This document shows, piece after piece, positions 26,057-36,881 of a DNA stretch of 64,000 nucleotides. Both the position numbers and the translations under genes were made by a program. This stretch comes from an uncultured Collinsella sp. (lineage in GTDB: Bacteria; Actinomycetota; Coriobacteriia; Coriobacteriales; Coriobacteriaceae). The DNA is taken from NCBI GenBank assembly GCA_902476475.1, contig CABSDO010000001.1, forward strand, positions 4,000 to 67,999, in the 5' to 3' direction. Numbering within the stretch: position 1 is the stretch's first letter; each line of letters starts with the position of its first letter. The notes under the pieces are model-generated. The model saw only the letters and a list, made by a program, of their open reading frames with translations, ran no database searches and was not told where the DNA came from.

Positions 26057-28036
26057 ATGAATCTTCACCTTTCTCAGTCTGATGGCTTTTTGCGTGTGGC
26101 GGCGGCGTCGCCACGGATTCGCGTGGCCGATGTCGAGGGCAATGCCGAGGTTGCGCTGGCGGCTGTTCGCGAGGCTGCCGAGCGCGGCGTTCGCGCGCTG
26201 GTGCTGCCCGAGCTTAACTTGTGCGGCTATACCGCGGCCGACCTGTTCCATAATCGCACGCTGCTGCATGCCTGCGAGGCTGCTCTGGTGCATATCCTCG
26301 ACGAGACTCGTGAGCTGCCGATTGTCTTTACCATCGGTCTTCCCGTTGCAGTTGCCGAGAATATCTACAACTGCGCCGCCGTGTGCTGCGCGGGCGAGCT
26401 TTTGGGCCTCACGGCCAAGAAGTATCTGCCCAACTATGGCGAGTTCTACGAGTGCCGCTGGTTTGCTCCGGCGCCCGCAGATCCTGTGTGGGTCGAGTTT
26501 GCCGGTCAGGGTCCGGTTCCGCTGGGTTCGGGGCTTGTCTACCGCTGCTGTGATGAAGATGCCGAGGATATGGTGCTGGGCGTTGAGGTCTGCGAGGACC
26601 TGTGGGTGCCGGCGCCCCCTTCGACCGAGATGGCGCTTGCCGGTGCGACGGTGATCCTCAATCCGTCGGCTTCGGACGAGATTATCGGTAAGGCGGATTA
26701 CCGCCGCAGCCTCATTTCCAACCAGAGCGCGCGCCTGTACTGCGCCTATGCCTACGCGGACGCGAGCGAGGGCGAGTCCACGACCGACATGGTCTTTGCG
26801 GGCGAGAACCTCGTCTACGAAAACGGCTCCAAGCTCGCCGCGACCAAACTGCTTACCTGCGATATGGCCATCGCCGACGTTGACCTTGACCGCCTGGTTG
26901 CCGAACGCCGTCGCTCGACGACGTGGACACGCACCGACGATGCTCCGGAGGCCACGACCGTTGAGTTTTCGTTTGAGGGCGTGCTGGCCGAAGAACCTGT
27001 CCTGCGCGATGCCTGCGATATCGACCGCGTTTTCCCGCGCGCGCCCTTTGTGCCGGCCGACCACGGCGACTTGGCCGAGCGCTGCGAGACGATCCTCGAC
27101 CTGCAGACCGCCGGCCTCAAGACCCGCCTTGCCCATACGGGTACCAAGGCTGCAGTCATTGGTCTTTCGGGCGGCCTGGACTCCACGCTGGCACTGCTTG
27201 TGACCGTGCGTGCCTTCGATGCACTGGGGCTGTCGCGCACCGGTATCACGGCCGTGTCCATGCCCGGCTTTGGCACGACGCACCGCACTAAGTCCAATGC
27301 CGAGTCGCTCGCTCGTGACTTGGGTGTGAGCTTCCGCGAGGTTTCGATCCATGCGGCTGTGGAGCAGCACTTCAAGGACATTGAGCACGATCCGGCCGTG
27401 CAGGACGTGACCTACGAGAACAGCCAGGCCCGCGAGCGTACGCAGATCCTGATGGATCTGGCCAACCAGGCTGGCGGCTTTGTCATCGGCACGGGCGACC
27501 TGTCGGAGCTGGCGCTCGGCTGGGCTACCTACAACGGCGACCACATGAGCATGTACGCCGTCAACGCGAGCGTGCCCAAGACGCTTGTGCGCCATTTGGT
27601 ACGCTATGCCGCCGATGTCTTTGGTGGGCGCATTGCCGAGGTCTTGCTCGATATCCTCGATACGCCGGTGTCCCCCGAGCTTCTGCCGCCCACGGGCGAC
27701 GGCGAGATTGCGCAGAAGACCGAGGATTTGGTGGGCCCGTATGAGCTGCACGACTACTTCCTCTACTACCTGCTGCGTTTTGGCTTTGAGCCGGGCAAGA
27801 TCTACCGCATGGCGCTCAAGAGCTTCGAGGGCGTCTACGACGCCAAGACCGTCCACACGTGGCTGCGTACGTTCTACCGTCGCTTCTTTGCCCAGCAGTT
27901 TAAGCGCAGCTGCCTGCCCGATGGTCCCAAGGTGGGCTCGGTGACGCTCAGCCCGCGCGGCGATTGGCGTATGCCGAGTGACGCTAGCTCGCGTCTGTGG
28001 CTTGCGCAGATCGACGCGCTCAATCCAGTTGACTAA
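26057..28036 (+). CDS. nadE: Glutamine-dependent NAD+ synthetase
   Basis: Nitrilase domain (PEL, KKYLPNY, VCEDLW) plus GLSGGLDS, YENSQARER, QQFKRSCLPDGP. Confidence 0.95.
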   Translation: MNLHLSQSDGFLRVAAASPRIRVADVEGNAEVALAAVREAAERGVRALVLPELNLCGYTAADLFHNRTLLHACEAALVHILDETRELPIVFTIGLPVAVAENIYNCAAVCCAGELLGLTAKKYLPNYGEFYECRWFAPAPADPVWVEFAGQGPVPLGSGLVYRCCDEDAEDMVLGVEVCEDLWVPAPPSTEMALAGATVILNPSASDEIIGKADYRRSLISNQSARLYCAYAYADASEGESTTDMVFAGENLVYENGSKLAATKLLTCDMAIADVDLDRLVAERRRSTTWTRTDDAPEATTVEFSFEGVLAEEPVLRDACDIDRVFPRAPFVPADHGDLAERCETILDLQTAGLKTRLAHTGTKAAVIGLSGGLDSTLALLVTVRAFDALGLSRTGITAVSMPGFGTTHRTKSNAESLARDLGVSFREVSIHAAVEQHFKDIEHDPAVQDVTYENSQARERTQILMDLANQAGGFVIGTGDLSELALGWATYNGDHMSMYAVNASVPKTLVRHLVRYAADVFGGRIAEVLLDILDTPVSPELLPPTGDGEIAQKTEDLVGPYELHDYFLYYLLRFGFEPGKIYRMALKSFEGVYDAKTVHTWLRTFYRRFFAQQFKRSCLPDGPKVGSVTLSPRGDWRMPSDASSRLWLAQIDALNPVD

Positions 28037-28154
28037 GGTTGGCTAAATTGAACCAATACGGGGGTTGCAAGCGTTACACTTTTGCAATCTGATGGCCCGT
28101 ATCGCGCGGCGCTCTTGTCGGAGCGCCGCGTTTTTTATATCGAAAGGTGGCACC

Positions 28155-29318
28155 ATGCAGGCATCGCAGCGTCTCGACCGCTTTGGCGCGGAGGTCTTCG
28201 CCTCGCTCAACAACAAGCTTCTCGCGCTGAAGGCTCAGGGCAAGACCATTTACAACATGAGCGTGGGCACGCCCGACTTTAAGCCGTACGACCACGTGGT
28301 CGAGGCGCTCACGCAGGCAGCTCAAGATCCCGAGATGTGGAAGTATGCCCTGCGCGACCTGCCCGAACTCAAGCAGGCCGTGTGCGATTACTATGAGCGC
28401 CGCTTTGGCGTTTCGGGCATTACGCCGTCCATGGTGCAGTCGTGCAACGGCACGCAGGAGGGCGTGGGTCATTTGGGCCTGGCCCTGCTCGATCCGGGCG
28501 ACACCATTCTGGTTCCCGATCCGTGCTACCCGGTCTTTGAGGCGGGTGCCAAGATCGCCGATGCCAAGCTCGAATACTATCCGCTGGTTGCCGAGCACAA
28601 TTACCTGCCCTATGTGGCGGGTATCGATCCCGAGGTGGCCGATCGTGCCAAGTATATGATCGTGTCGCTGCCCGCGAACCCGGTCGGCTCGGTGGGCACG
28701 CCCGAGGTCTACGAGGAGATCATCGCTTTCGCCCGCGAGCACGACCTGCTCATCGTCCATGACAACGCATACTCCGACATCGTGTTCGACGGCGAGCCGG
28801 GCGGCAGCTTCTTGCAGTATCCCGGCGCGCTCGAGGTGGGCGTTGAGTTCTTCTCGCTCTCCAAGTCGTTTAACGTCACCGGTGCGCGTATCGGCTTTTT
28901 GGTCGGCCGCGAGGACGTGGTCTCTGCCTTTGCCAAGCTGCGCGGCCAGATTGACTTTGGTATGTTCTTCCCGATTCAGAAGGCCGCCATCGCCTGCCTG
29001 AACGGTCCGCGCGATGAGGTCGAGGCGCAGCGTCTGAAGTACCAGGAGCGCCGCGATGCCCTGTGCGACGGTCTTGAGGGCCTGGGCTGGGAGCGTCCCA
29101 ACGCACATGGCTCTATGTTTGTGTGGGCCAAGCTTCCCGGTGGTCGCACCGATTCCATGGCGTTTTGCGAGGAGCTCATGGAGAAGGCCGGCGTTGTGGT
29201 GACGCCGGGCGCGAGCTTTGGTCCTTCGGGCGAGGGACACGTGCGCATGGCGCTGGTCCTGCCGCCCGATCAGATCGCTTTGGCTGTCGAGGCCATTCGC
29301 GAGGCGGGCCTGTATTAG
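28155..29318 (+). CDS. PLP-dependent class I/II aminotransferase (diaminopimelate aminotransferase-like)
   Basis: PANPVG, HDNAY, SLSKSFNVTGARIG, GEGHVR. Confidence 0.88.
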   Translation: MQASQRLDRFGAEVFASLNNKLLALKAQGKTIYNMSVGTPDFKPYDHVVEALTQAAQDPEMWKYALRDLPELKQAVCDYYERRFGVSGITPSMVQSCNGTQEGVGHLGLALLDPGDTILVPDPCYPVFEAGAKIADAKLEYYPLVAEHNYLPYVAGIDPEVADRAKYMIVSLPANPVGSVGTPEVYEEIIAFAREHDLLIVHDNAYSDIVFDGEPGGSFLQYPGALEVGVEFFSLSKSFNVTGARIGFLVGREDVVSAFAKLRGQIDFGMFFPIQKAAIACLNGPRDEVEAQRLKYQERRDALCDGLEGLGWERPNAHGSMFVWAKLPGGRTDSMAFCEELMEKAGVVVTPGASFGPSGEGHVRMALVLPPDQIALAVEAIREAGLY

Positions 29319-29519
29319 AAAGTTATTTCGACTCGTCAATAGCTCGAAATCGATTTCGTGCAGTTATTTTACGAATACTGCAAACAATTTCGGTAAACGG
29401 TCGATTTTTGGCTGCGAATAGGGGCATAATCAAAGTCCCGATTGGATGTATTGGGATTACGGCAAGCCGCTCGGGTCGTTCCCGGGCGGCTTGTTTGTGG
29501 AGAGAGATGGGAGTTTCTA

Positions 29520-30470
29520 ATGGTTAACGAGAAGAAGGTCGCTATTGTCGGCTGCGGTTTCGTCGGTTCGTCTTCGGCGTTCGCACTGATGCAGAGTGGT
29601 CTGTTCTCCGAGATGGTCCTCATCGACGTGGACAAGAACCGTGCCGAGGGTGAGGCCCTGGATATCGCGCACGGCATGACGTTTGCCGAGCCGATGAAGA
29701 TTTACGCCGGCGATTATTCCGATGTCGCCGACGCCGCCATGATCGTCGTCACCGCTGGCGCTGCCCAGAAGCCCGGTGAGACCCGCCTGGACCTGGTCAA
29801 CAAGAACGTAAACATCTTTAAGTCCATTATCCCCGAGATTAAGAAGTCCGGCTTCGACGGCATTCTGCTAATCGTCTCCAACCCGGTTGATGTTCTGACC
29901 TATGCTGCCATCAAGATGTCCGGCCTGCCCGAGGGCCATGTCATCGGCTCCGGCACCGTGCTCGACACTGGCCGTCTGCAGCAGATGCTTGGTGCCCACG
30001 TCGAGGTTGACCCGCGCGATGTCCAGGCCTATGTCATGGGCGAGCACGGCGACTCCGAGTTTGTCGCTTGGTCCAGCGCCCAGGTTGCTGGCGTTCCGCT
30101 GAACACCTTCTGCGAGCTTCACGGCCACCTGGAGCATGAGACCGCCGAGAAGCGCATCGCCGAGGACGTCAAGAACTCCGCCTACACCATCATCGAGAAG
30201 AAGCACGCCACCTACTACGGCGTCGCCATGGCCGTCAAGCGCATCTGCACCGCTGTCATGCGCGATGAGCAGACCGTTCTGCCCGTTTCCTCGCTCATGG
30301 TGGGCGAGTATGGCCTGTCCGATCTGGCTATCTCCATGCCGACGGTCGTTGGCCGCGACGGCGTCGTCTGCCGCGTCCCCGTGCCGCTGAACGATGACGA
30401 GCAGCATGAGCTCACCGCCTCCGCCAAGGCCCTCAAGGACATCATCGACAGCGTCGACTTCTCCTGCTAA
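29520..30470 (+). CDS. ldh: L-lactate dehydrogenase
   Basis: GCGFVG, AGAAQKPGETRLDL, NPVD, GEHGDS, ATYYG. Confidence 0.95.
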   Translation: MVNEKKVAIVGCGFVGSSSAFALMQSGLFSEMVLIDVDKNRAEGEALDIAHGMTFAEPMKIYAGDYSDVADAAMIVVTAGAAQKPGETRLDLVNKNVNIFKSIIPEIKKSGFDGILLIVSNPVDVLTYAAIKMSGLPEGHVIGSGTVLDTGRLQQMLGAHVEVDPRDVQAYVMGEHGDSEFVAWSSAQVAGVPLNTFCELHGHLEHETAEKRIAEDVKNSAYTIIEKKHATYYGVAMAVKRICTAVMRDEQTVLPVSSLMVGEYGLSDLAISMPTVVGRDGVVCRVPVPLNDDEQHELTASAKALKDIIDSVDFSC

Positions 30471-30597
30471 ATCAAGCTCTTTTGGGCAACAGGCTACAAT
30501 GAAAGGCGTCCGGGCCACACGGTCCGGGCGCCTTTTTGGTGCGAGGGGGTCAGGTTACTTTGCACCACCCCAATGCACCATAGTTGATGGGAGGGCC

Positions 30598-31758
30598 ATG
30601 TCGGATTCGCCTAATTTTTTGACCTATGCCCAGACGGCGTTTGATCCGTTTGAGGAACGGCCGTTCTGCGCGGTGGATAGCCTGGTCTTTGCGTGGTTGT
30701 CCTATTTGCGTTTGCCGGGTGATATGGCGGAGCTGACGAACTGGCAGGGCCTAGACGTACGCGAGCTGCTGCGCGCCGAGTGCTACCAAGACATGATTGG
30801 CGACCTGTGGGATCCGGAGGGGAGCCGTGCCCTGTTGGAGGCTGTGGCAGCAAGCCCTCGCTACCGTGGCGTTCGTGTTTGCGGCTATCGTAGCGTGAGT
30901 GATGCCGAGACAACGGAGCAGTTTGCGGCCATGACGTTCCGATTTCCGGCGGGGTTTAGCTATCTTGCCTTCCGGGGGACCGACAGCACGATTGTGGGCT
31001 GGAAAGAGGACTTTAACATGGCGTTCCGGTGTCCTGTGCCGGCCCAGGAATCCGCGGCGCGTTATGTAGACGAGGCGGCGGATGCGATTGACGGGCCGCT
31101 TTTGTGCGGAGGTCATTCCAAGGGTGGAAACCTTGCGGTGTACGGTGCGGCGATGTGCCCCGATGTCGCCCGTGAGCGAATCGAACGGGCGTATTCCCAT
31201 GATGGTCCGGGCTTCGTCGAGGAGTTTCTGAGCGGCAACGCCTTCGCCGACCTATCCGGTCGAATCGACAAGACGCTACCTCGGTCGTCGATCTTTGGCA
31301 TGATGTTCGAGACACAGGAGGACTATGCCATCGTTGAGAGCACCGAGTTCAGCCTGCTTCAGCATAATCCCTTTAGCTGGGTGGTTGATGGTCGCGACTT
31401 CGTGTACTGTGAGCGCCTGTCCGCCGGTGCTCGATACGTTGATGGCTCCATTCGCGAGATGCTGCTTGCGGTGTCGCCTAGCGAGCGCGAGCGTTTTGTA
31501 GATGCGTTGTTCTCCGTGCTTGAGGCTACGGCCGCCGAACGGTTTGCGGATATCGCTGGGAATCTGCGCGAGAGCCTGCCCGTGATGCTCCAGGCTGCGC
31601 AAGGCTTTGACAAGGATACGCGACACTTTGTCTCGCAGACTATCGTTGCGATTCTTAAGTGTGCGCTTCTGCCCAAACGTCCCCAGATCGACATGCCCGC
31701 TGCCGGCAAGAGCTTGGCAGAACAGCTCGAGGCTTGGCAGTCCGAGCTCCTGCGCTAA
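30598..31758 (+). CDS. DUF2974/Mbeg1-like alpha/beta hydrolase
   Basis: AFRGTD..GWKEDFNM, GHSKGGNLA, DGPGF. Confidence 0.85.
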   Translation: MSDSPNFLTYAQTAFDPFEERPFCAVDSLVFAWLSYLRLPGDMAELTNWQGLDVRELLRAECYQDMIGDLWDPEGSRALLEAVAASPRYRGVRVCGYRSVSDAETTEQFAAMTFRFPAGFSYLAFRGTDSTIVGWKEDFNMAFRCPVPAQESAARYVDEAADAIDGPLLCGGHSKGGNLAVYGAAMCPDVARERIERAYSHDGPGFVEEFLSGNAFADLSGRIDKTLPRSSIFGMMFETQEDYAIVESTEFSLLQHNPFSWVVDGRDFVYCERLSAGARYVDGSIREMLLAVSPSERERFVDALFSVLEATAAERFADIAGNLRESLPVMLQAAQGFDKDTRHFVSQTIVAILKCALLPKRPQIDMPAAGKSLAEQLEAWQSELLR

Positions 31759-31860
31759 CCATTGGTGCAAAGCAACCTGTCCCCGATGCACCAATCTTCG
31801 ATGCGCCTGGGGCGGGATCGACCGCTATACTGGTTCGTGCCGAAATCGATCTAGAACGGA

Positions 31861-32874
31861 ATGCCGTATATGAAAATCAATCACGCGATTCTGCATATCC
31901 TGGACTTTGACTCTGCCGTCAACGTTATGAGCCAGCGCGAGCTCGATATCGAGAGCCGTACCGTGCGCAACTTTGTGACCACGCACCTGCGTCGCGCCCG
32001 TACTTCGGCAGATAACAAGCGTGCCACGTTTGCCGAAAACTCCGCATTCGGCGGCGAGCTCAAGGGCTATTTCTTTGGCGAGCGCGAGTTTGTGGACCTG
32101 TCGCAGCAGATTGCGGAGTTCATCTCCTCGGAGCTCACTAAAGCAGAGAAGGCCGAGTCCACCGACGTGCTCGTCGCGGACTTTGACGATGACGAGGACG
32201 CCCGCTGGTTTGCCGTCATGCTACTTGGCTCCAAGCAGGCCTTTATGCACGAGGTGGGCCGCGAGGAGGGCGAGGTGCGCAACGACATCGCGCGCCACTA
32301 TGCTATTCTGCCGAATCCTTCCCAAAAGGTGCCAAGCTACGCGATCGTGCGCGCGAGCACCATGGAGATCGGCTACGTGGACAAGAAGCGCAAGATTGCC
32401 GGCGAGGATCGTATGCTCATTCCCGATGGCCTGCTCCAGTGCGATACGGGCGTGTCGGGCAAGGAGATTATCGACACCGTGACGCGTGTGGTCGAGGAGG
32501 TTGCCGAGGAGCACGGTGCCAATACGGCCGTGGCACTCGCTAAGGTCAAAGCCGCTGTTGCCGAGAAGGTCGAAGACGACGAGGAGCTGCCGCCTTGGGA
32601 TATCGTTGACGAGGTCTTTGAGGATGAGCCAGTCATCAAGGAGAGTGTTCGTGCGGCACTGACCGAGGAAAAGGTGCCCGAGCGTGTGCCCGTGGAGCGC
32701 AAACAGGTCGAGCGTGCGGCCGTGCGCAACCACAAGATTCGTACCGATACGGGCATCGAGATCAGCTTCCCGGCCGAGATGGGCTCGAACTCCGAGTACA
32801 TCGAGTTCGTCAACGAGCCCAACGGCCTCATCTCCATCGAACTCAAGAATATCGGCAGCATCGAGAATCGATAA
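31861..32874 (+). CDS. Nucleoid-associated protein (YejK/NA37-like)
   Basis: INHAILHILD N-terminus, ILP..SQK, KIRTDTGIEI C-terminus. Confidence 0.8.
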   Translation: MPYMKINHAILHILDFDSAVNVMSQRELDIESRTVRNFVTTHLRRARTSADNKRATFAENSAFGGELKGYFFGEREFVDLSQQIAEFISSELTKAEKAESTDVLVADFDDDEDARWFAVMLLGSKQAFMHEVGREEGEVRNDIARHYAILPNPSQKVPSYAIVRASTMEIGYVDKKRKIAGEDRMLIPDGLLQCDTGVSGKEIIDTVTRVVEEVAEEHGANTAVALAKVKAAVAEKVEDDEELPPWDIVDEVFEDEPVIKESVRAALTEEKVPERVPVERKQVERAAVRNHKIRTDTGIEISFPAEMGSNSEYIEFVNEPNGLISIELKNIGSIENR

Positions 32875-32902
32875 GTTGCGTTACGTCTACAGCGAGAAAG
32901 CA

Positions 32903-32937
32903 AAGGCCGAAGCTCTTTGGGGCTTCGGCCTTCTTGT
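32903..32937. terminator. Bidirectional terminator
   Basis: AAGGCCGAAGCTC-TTTG-GGGCTTCGGCCTT between convergent genes. Confidence 0.7.
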
Positions 32938-33007
32938 TTGGGGATGAATTGCCCCGCAGGTTGAGCATAAGTCAGCGAAAACGCGGTTTGTCAAAACCGC
33001 GTAACTA

Positions 33008-33727
33008 TTAAAGTTGACGTAAGCCCTCTTCCAGGCCGGTCTTGCTGTCGGTCTTCTCGTCGCGCATCTTGATGACGCGGGCGGGAATGCCGGCCACGAC
33101 GGCGCCGGCGGGGACGTCCTCGACGCACACGGCACCGGCAGCCACGACAGCGCCCTTGCCCACGCGCACGCCCTCCAAGACCACGGCGTTGGCGCCGATC
33201 ATGACATCGTCCTCGACGATGACGGGCGTGGCGCTGGCGGGCTCCACGACGCCTGCCAGCACGGTGCCGGCGCCGATGTGGCAGTTCTTACCCACGGTGG
33301 CGCGACCGCCCAGCACGGCGCCCATGTCGATCATGGAGCCCTCGCCAATGACGGAGCCGATGTTGATGATGGCGCCCATCATGATGACGGCACGGTCGCC
33401 AATCTCGACGCGGTCGCGGATGATCGCGCCCGGCTCGATGCGGGCGTTGATGCCCTTAAGGTCGAGCATAGGCACGGCGGAGTTGCGGCAATCGTTTTCA
33501 ACGTCGTAGTAATCGATGGAATCGGCATTGGCATCGAGGATGGCCTTAAGCTCATCCCAGTCGCCAAAGACGGTCTTGCCACGACGACCGCCGTAGACAT
33601 GTGCGTTGCCCCAGGCAACCTTCATGCCCGGCTTCTCGCGCACGTACAGCTTGACGGGCGTCTTTTTGGGCGCGGTGGCGATGTAGTTGATAATCTCTTG
33701 TGCATCCATCTCGGCTGCGTTGCTCAT
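33008..33727 (-). CDS. dapH: Tetrahydrodipicolinate N-acetyltransferase
   Basis: [24 protein letters not shown] and hexapeptide repeats. Confidence 0.92.
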   Translation of the reverse strand: MSNAAEMDAQEIINYIATAPKKTPVKLYVREKPGMKVAWGNAHVYGGRRGKTVFGDWDELKAILDANADSIDYYDVENDCRNSAVPMLDLKGINARIEPGAIIRDRVEIGDRAVIMMGAIINIGSVIGEGSMIDMGAVLGGRATVGKNCHIGAGTVLAGVVEPASATPVIVEDDVMIGANAVVLEGVRVGKGAVVAAGAVCVEDVPAGAVVAGIPARVIKMRDEKTDSKTGLEEGLRQL

Positions 33728-33766
33728 TTGCTATCTCTCCTTTGGGTGGATTCGGTTGATACCCGG

Positions 33767-34507
33767 TTAGGCAAACATGACCTTGTCGAACGTATAGAAG
33801 CCGGGTTCGCGGACGACGAGCTTCTGCGCGGCTGCCAAGGCGCCGTTGACAAAGATCTGACGGCTCGTTGCGCGGTGGGTGAGCGTGACCTCCTCGTCCT
33901 GGCCAAAGAAACTAACCTCGTGCACGCCGGCGACGGTGCCGCCGCGCAGCGAGTGCATTCCGATCTCCTTGGGGCCACGCGCGCCGCACATGCCCTCGCG
34001 GCCATAGACGGGGTGGTAGCCTGCCTCGGGTTCAGCTTCGACGACGGCGTCGAGCAGTAGCTTGGCGGTGCCGCTCGGGGCGTCGACCTTTTGGTTGTGG
34101 TGCGTCTCGACGATCTCGCAGTCAAAGCCGGGCAGCTCGCGTGTGGCCTGGGCCACTAGATGACGCAGGGCTGCGATGCCGATGGAGTAATTGCCCGAGT
34201 GCATGACACGGGCATTCTGGCCCAGCTCACGCAGGCGGTCCATCTGCTCAGGTGAATAGCCCGTGGTGCCGGAAACGAGTGCGGCGCCCGTGCGCTCGAC
34301 ATAGGCGACGACGGCATCGAAGGTCACGACGTTCGAGAAGTCGATAATCACATCGGCGCCCGGTGCGTTCTCGAGCTCGCTCAAATCGAAGCCAATCTGG
34401 GCTACGATATCAAAAACGGGTTGACCGGCGGCGTCGACAACGCCCTCGGCGGTGGTGCGGATGAGCGAGCCCATGCGGCCCGTTCCCATAATGACAGTCT
34501 TAATCAA
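33767..34507 (-). CDS. dapB: 4-hydroxy-tetrahydrodipicolinate reductase
   Basis: GRMG, IDFS, GTTG, ETHHNQKVDAPSGTA, HSLRGG. Confidence 0.93.
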   Translation of the reverse strand: MIKTVIMGTGRMGSLIRTTAEGVVDAAGQPVFDIVAQIGFDLSELENAPGADVIIDFSNVVTFDAVVAYVERTGAALVSGTTGYSPEQMDRLRELGQNARVMHSGNYSIGIAALRHLVAQATRELPGFDCEIVETHHNQKVDAPSGTAKLLLDAVVEAEPEAGYHPVYGREGMCGARGPKEIGMHSLRGGTVAGVHEVSFFGQDEEVTLTHRATSRQIFVNGALAAAQKLVVREPGFYTFDKVMFA

Positions 34508-35390
34508 GCAGACCAGCTCCCTTCAGGGCATCGGTAAGTGCAGAGCGCGTGTCGTCTGCCATGGGGCACAGCGGCATACGGTAGTCTGCCTCGATCATGC
34601 CCATCTGGGCGAGCGCCTCTTTGACGGGGATGGGGTTGACCTCACTAAAGAGGGCATTGATGAGCGGCTGGCCGGCAATTTGGATATCGCGGGCACGTGC
34701 CACGTCACCGTCCAAATAGGCGCGGCACATGTCATGCACGAGCTGCGGCTGAACGTCTGCCCACACGCTGATGGTGCCCGAGGCGCCCAGGCTCATGAGC
34801 GGCACGGTAAGCGCGTCCTCGCCCGAGTACATGCGGAAGTCGTCTGACAGCAGGTGGGCGATCTTGGCCGCGTAGGCGACGTTGCCCGAGGCCTCCTTGA
34901 TGCCCATGATGTTGGGGTGCGCGGCCAAGCGCTCTACGTTGCGCTCGCTGATACCGCAGCCGCAGCGGGCGGGGATGTTGTACAGGATGCAGGGGATGTC
35001 CACGGCGTCGGCCACGGTCTTAAAGTGCTGGTAGACGCCCTCTTCGTTAGACTTGTTGTAGTAGGGGGTAATGAGCAGCAGACCATCGGCGCCCAGGCCC
35101 TGGTAAGTGAGCGACTTGGTGAGCATGGTCTGCGTGGAGTTAGAGCCCGAGCCGGCGATGACGGGGACGCGTCCTGCAACATGCTTGACCACGGCGGCGA
35201 CGACGGAGTTGTCCTCGTCGTCGGTCATCGTGGCACTCTCACCGGTGGTGCCCAGGGTGAGGATGGCGTCGGTGCCATTTTGCAAGTGGAAATCGATAAG
35301 GCGCTCGAGCGCGTCAAAGTCGACGCTGCCGTCCTTTTTAAACGGCGTGACAAGGGCGACGATTGAGCCCTCGAGGTTGCGGATATCCAT
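34500..35390 (-). CDS. dapA: 4-hydroxy-tetrahydrodipicolinate synthase (own RBS/ATG, in frame with upstream lysA)
   Basis: ALVTPF, GTTGE, TPYYNK, LYNIP, GIKEASG, NPIPVK; GAAGGAG RBS before ATG 35390. Confidence 0.93.
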   Translation of the reverse strand: MDIRNLEGSIVALVTPFKKDGSVDFDALERLIDFHLQNGTDAILTLGTTGESATMTDDEDNSVVAAVVKHVAGRVPVIAGSGSNSTQTMLTKSLTYQGLGADGLLLITPYYNKSNEEGVYQHFKTVADAVDIPCILYNIPARCGCGISERNVERLAAHPNIMGIKEASGNVAYAAKIAHLLSDDFRMYSGEDALTVPLMSLGASGTISVWADVQPQLVHDMCRAYLDGDVARARDIQIAGQPLINALFSEVNPIPVKEALAQMGMIEADYRMPLCPMADDTRSALTDALKGAGLLD

Positions 35391-36810
35391 GTTCTTCTCC
35401 TTCGCCTCCGCGATCTGGATGCGTTTGTTCCATTGAGCTGCGACTGCCAGACGCTCGTCTTGGGCGCGACGGCGGGCACTTTCGGCGCGCGACTTGGCCA
35501 GCAGCTCGCGGCCGCACGGCAGCACGTCGAGCGTGGCAAAGTAATCGCCCGGGCGCTCGGCGCGGCGGATGAGGTCGGCCGCGCCATCGGGGCGCAGCAG
35601 GACCTCGGCCGAGCGCAGCCGTCCGTTGTAGTTGTAGCCCATGGAGTAGCCGTGCGCACCGGTATCGTGGATTACAAGCAGGTCACCCATGTCGATATGC
35701 GGCAGCTCGCGATCGATAGCGAACTTGTCGTTGTTCTCGCATAGGTTGCCCGTGATGTCATAGGTGTTCGTGACGGGCGCTGTGGCCTTGTCGGCGCCGC
35801 CCGGCTGACCCATCACCGTAATGTGGTGGTAGGCGCCATACATGGCAGGGCGAATCAAATCGACGGCGCTTGCATCGACACCGATATAGTCCTTGTAGAT
35901 CTGCTTCTCGTGGATGGCCTTGGTGACCAGGCAGCCGTAGGGGCCCATCATAAAGCGGCCCATCTCGGTGCAGATGGCCACATCGCCCATGCCGGCGGGA
36001 ACCAGGATCTCGTCGTATGCCGCGTGTACTCCCTCGCCGATGGCGTGAATGTCGTTGGCCTGCTGCTCGGGCAGGTAGGGGATGCCGACGCCGCCGGACA
36101 GATTGATGAAGGCGACGTGTGCGCCGGTCTCGCGCTCCAGGCGCACGGCAAGCTCAAAGAGGATGCGCGCGAGCTTGGGGTAGTAGTCGTTGGTGACGGT
36201 GTTGCTGGCAAGGAATGCGTGGATGCCAAAGTCCTCGGCGCCCTTGGCCTTGAGCATGCGGAAAGCCTCGAAGAGTTGCTCGGTGGTCATGCCATATTTG
36301 GAGTCGCCCGGGTTGTCCATGATGCCGTTGGAGAGCTGGAACAGGCCGCCCGGATTAAAGCGGCAGCTGACCGTCTTGGGAATGGGCCCCGCAACGCGCT
36401 CAAAGAACTCGATGTGGCTGGATGTCGTCAAAGTTGACGATGGCGCCCAACTTGTCGGCGAGCTCAAAGTCGGCAGCCGGCGTGTCGTTGGACGAGAACA
36501 TGATGTCGTGGCCGGTGATGCCCAGCGAGCGGGCGATCATGAGCTCGGTATAGCTCGAGCAATCGCAGCCGCAGCCGTATTCGTTGAGAATGGAGATGAG
36601 TGCCGGGTTGGGATTGGCCTTGACGGCAAAGTATTCCTTAAAGCCCGGGTTCCATGCGAAGGCGTCGCGCACCTCTTGCATGTTGCGGCGGATGCCCGCC
36701 TCGTCATATAGATGAAATGGCGTGGGGAACTGCTCGACGATATGCTCGAGTGTCTCTTTGTCCACAAACGGCTGCTTGGCCGCATATGCCTCGTTGGGGG
36801 TCAATGCCAT
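35391..36810 (-). CDS. lysA: Diaminopimelate decarboxylase with an apparent +1 frameshift near 36420 and no stop before dapA
   Basis: N-terminal part TPFHLYD, YFAVKANPN in one frame; RFNPG, SKYG, GGVG, EMGRF, CENND, GAHG in another frame that continues into dapA. Confidence 0.85.
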
Positions 36811-36881
36811 GTCCCGTAAACCTCGCTATCCAGACGGCGCCATCTGCGCATCGAATCCGCATAGCGTGGACCCAATGTCCG

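Noticed and set aside
25946..27856. 636-aa minus-strand ORF
   Set aside because: Antisense shadow of nadE.
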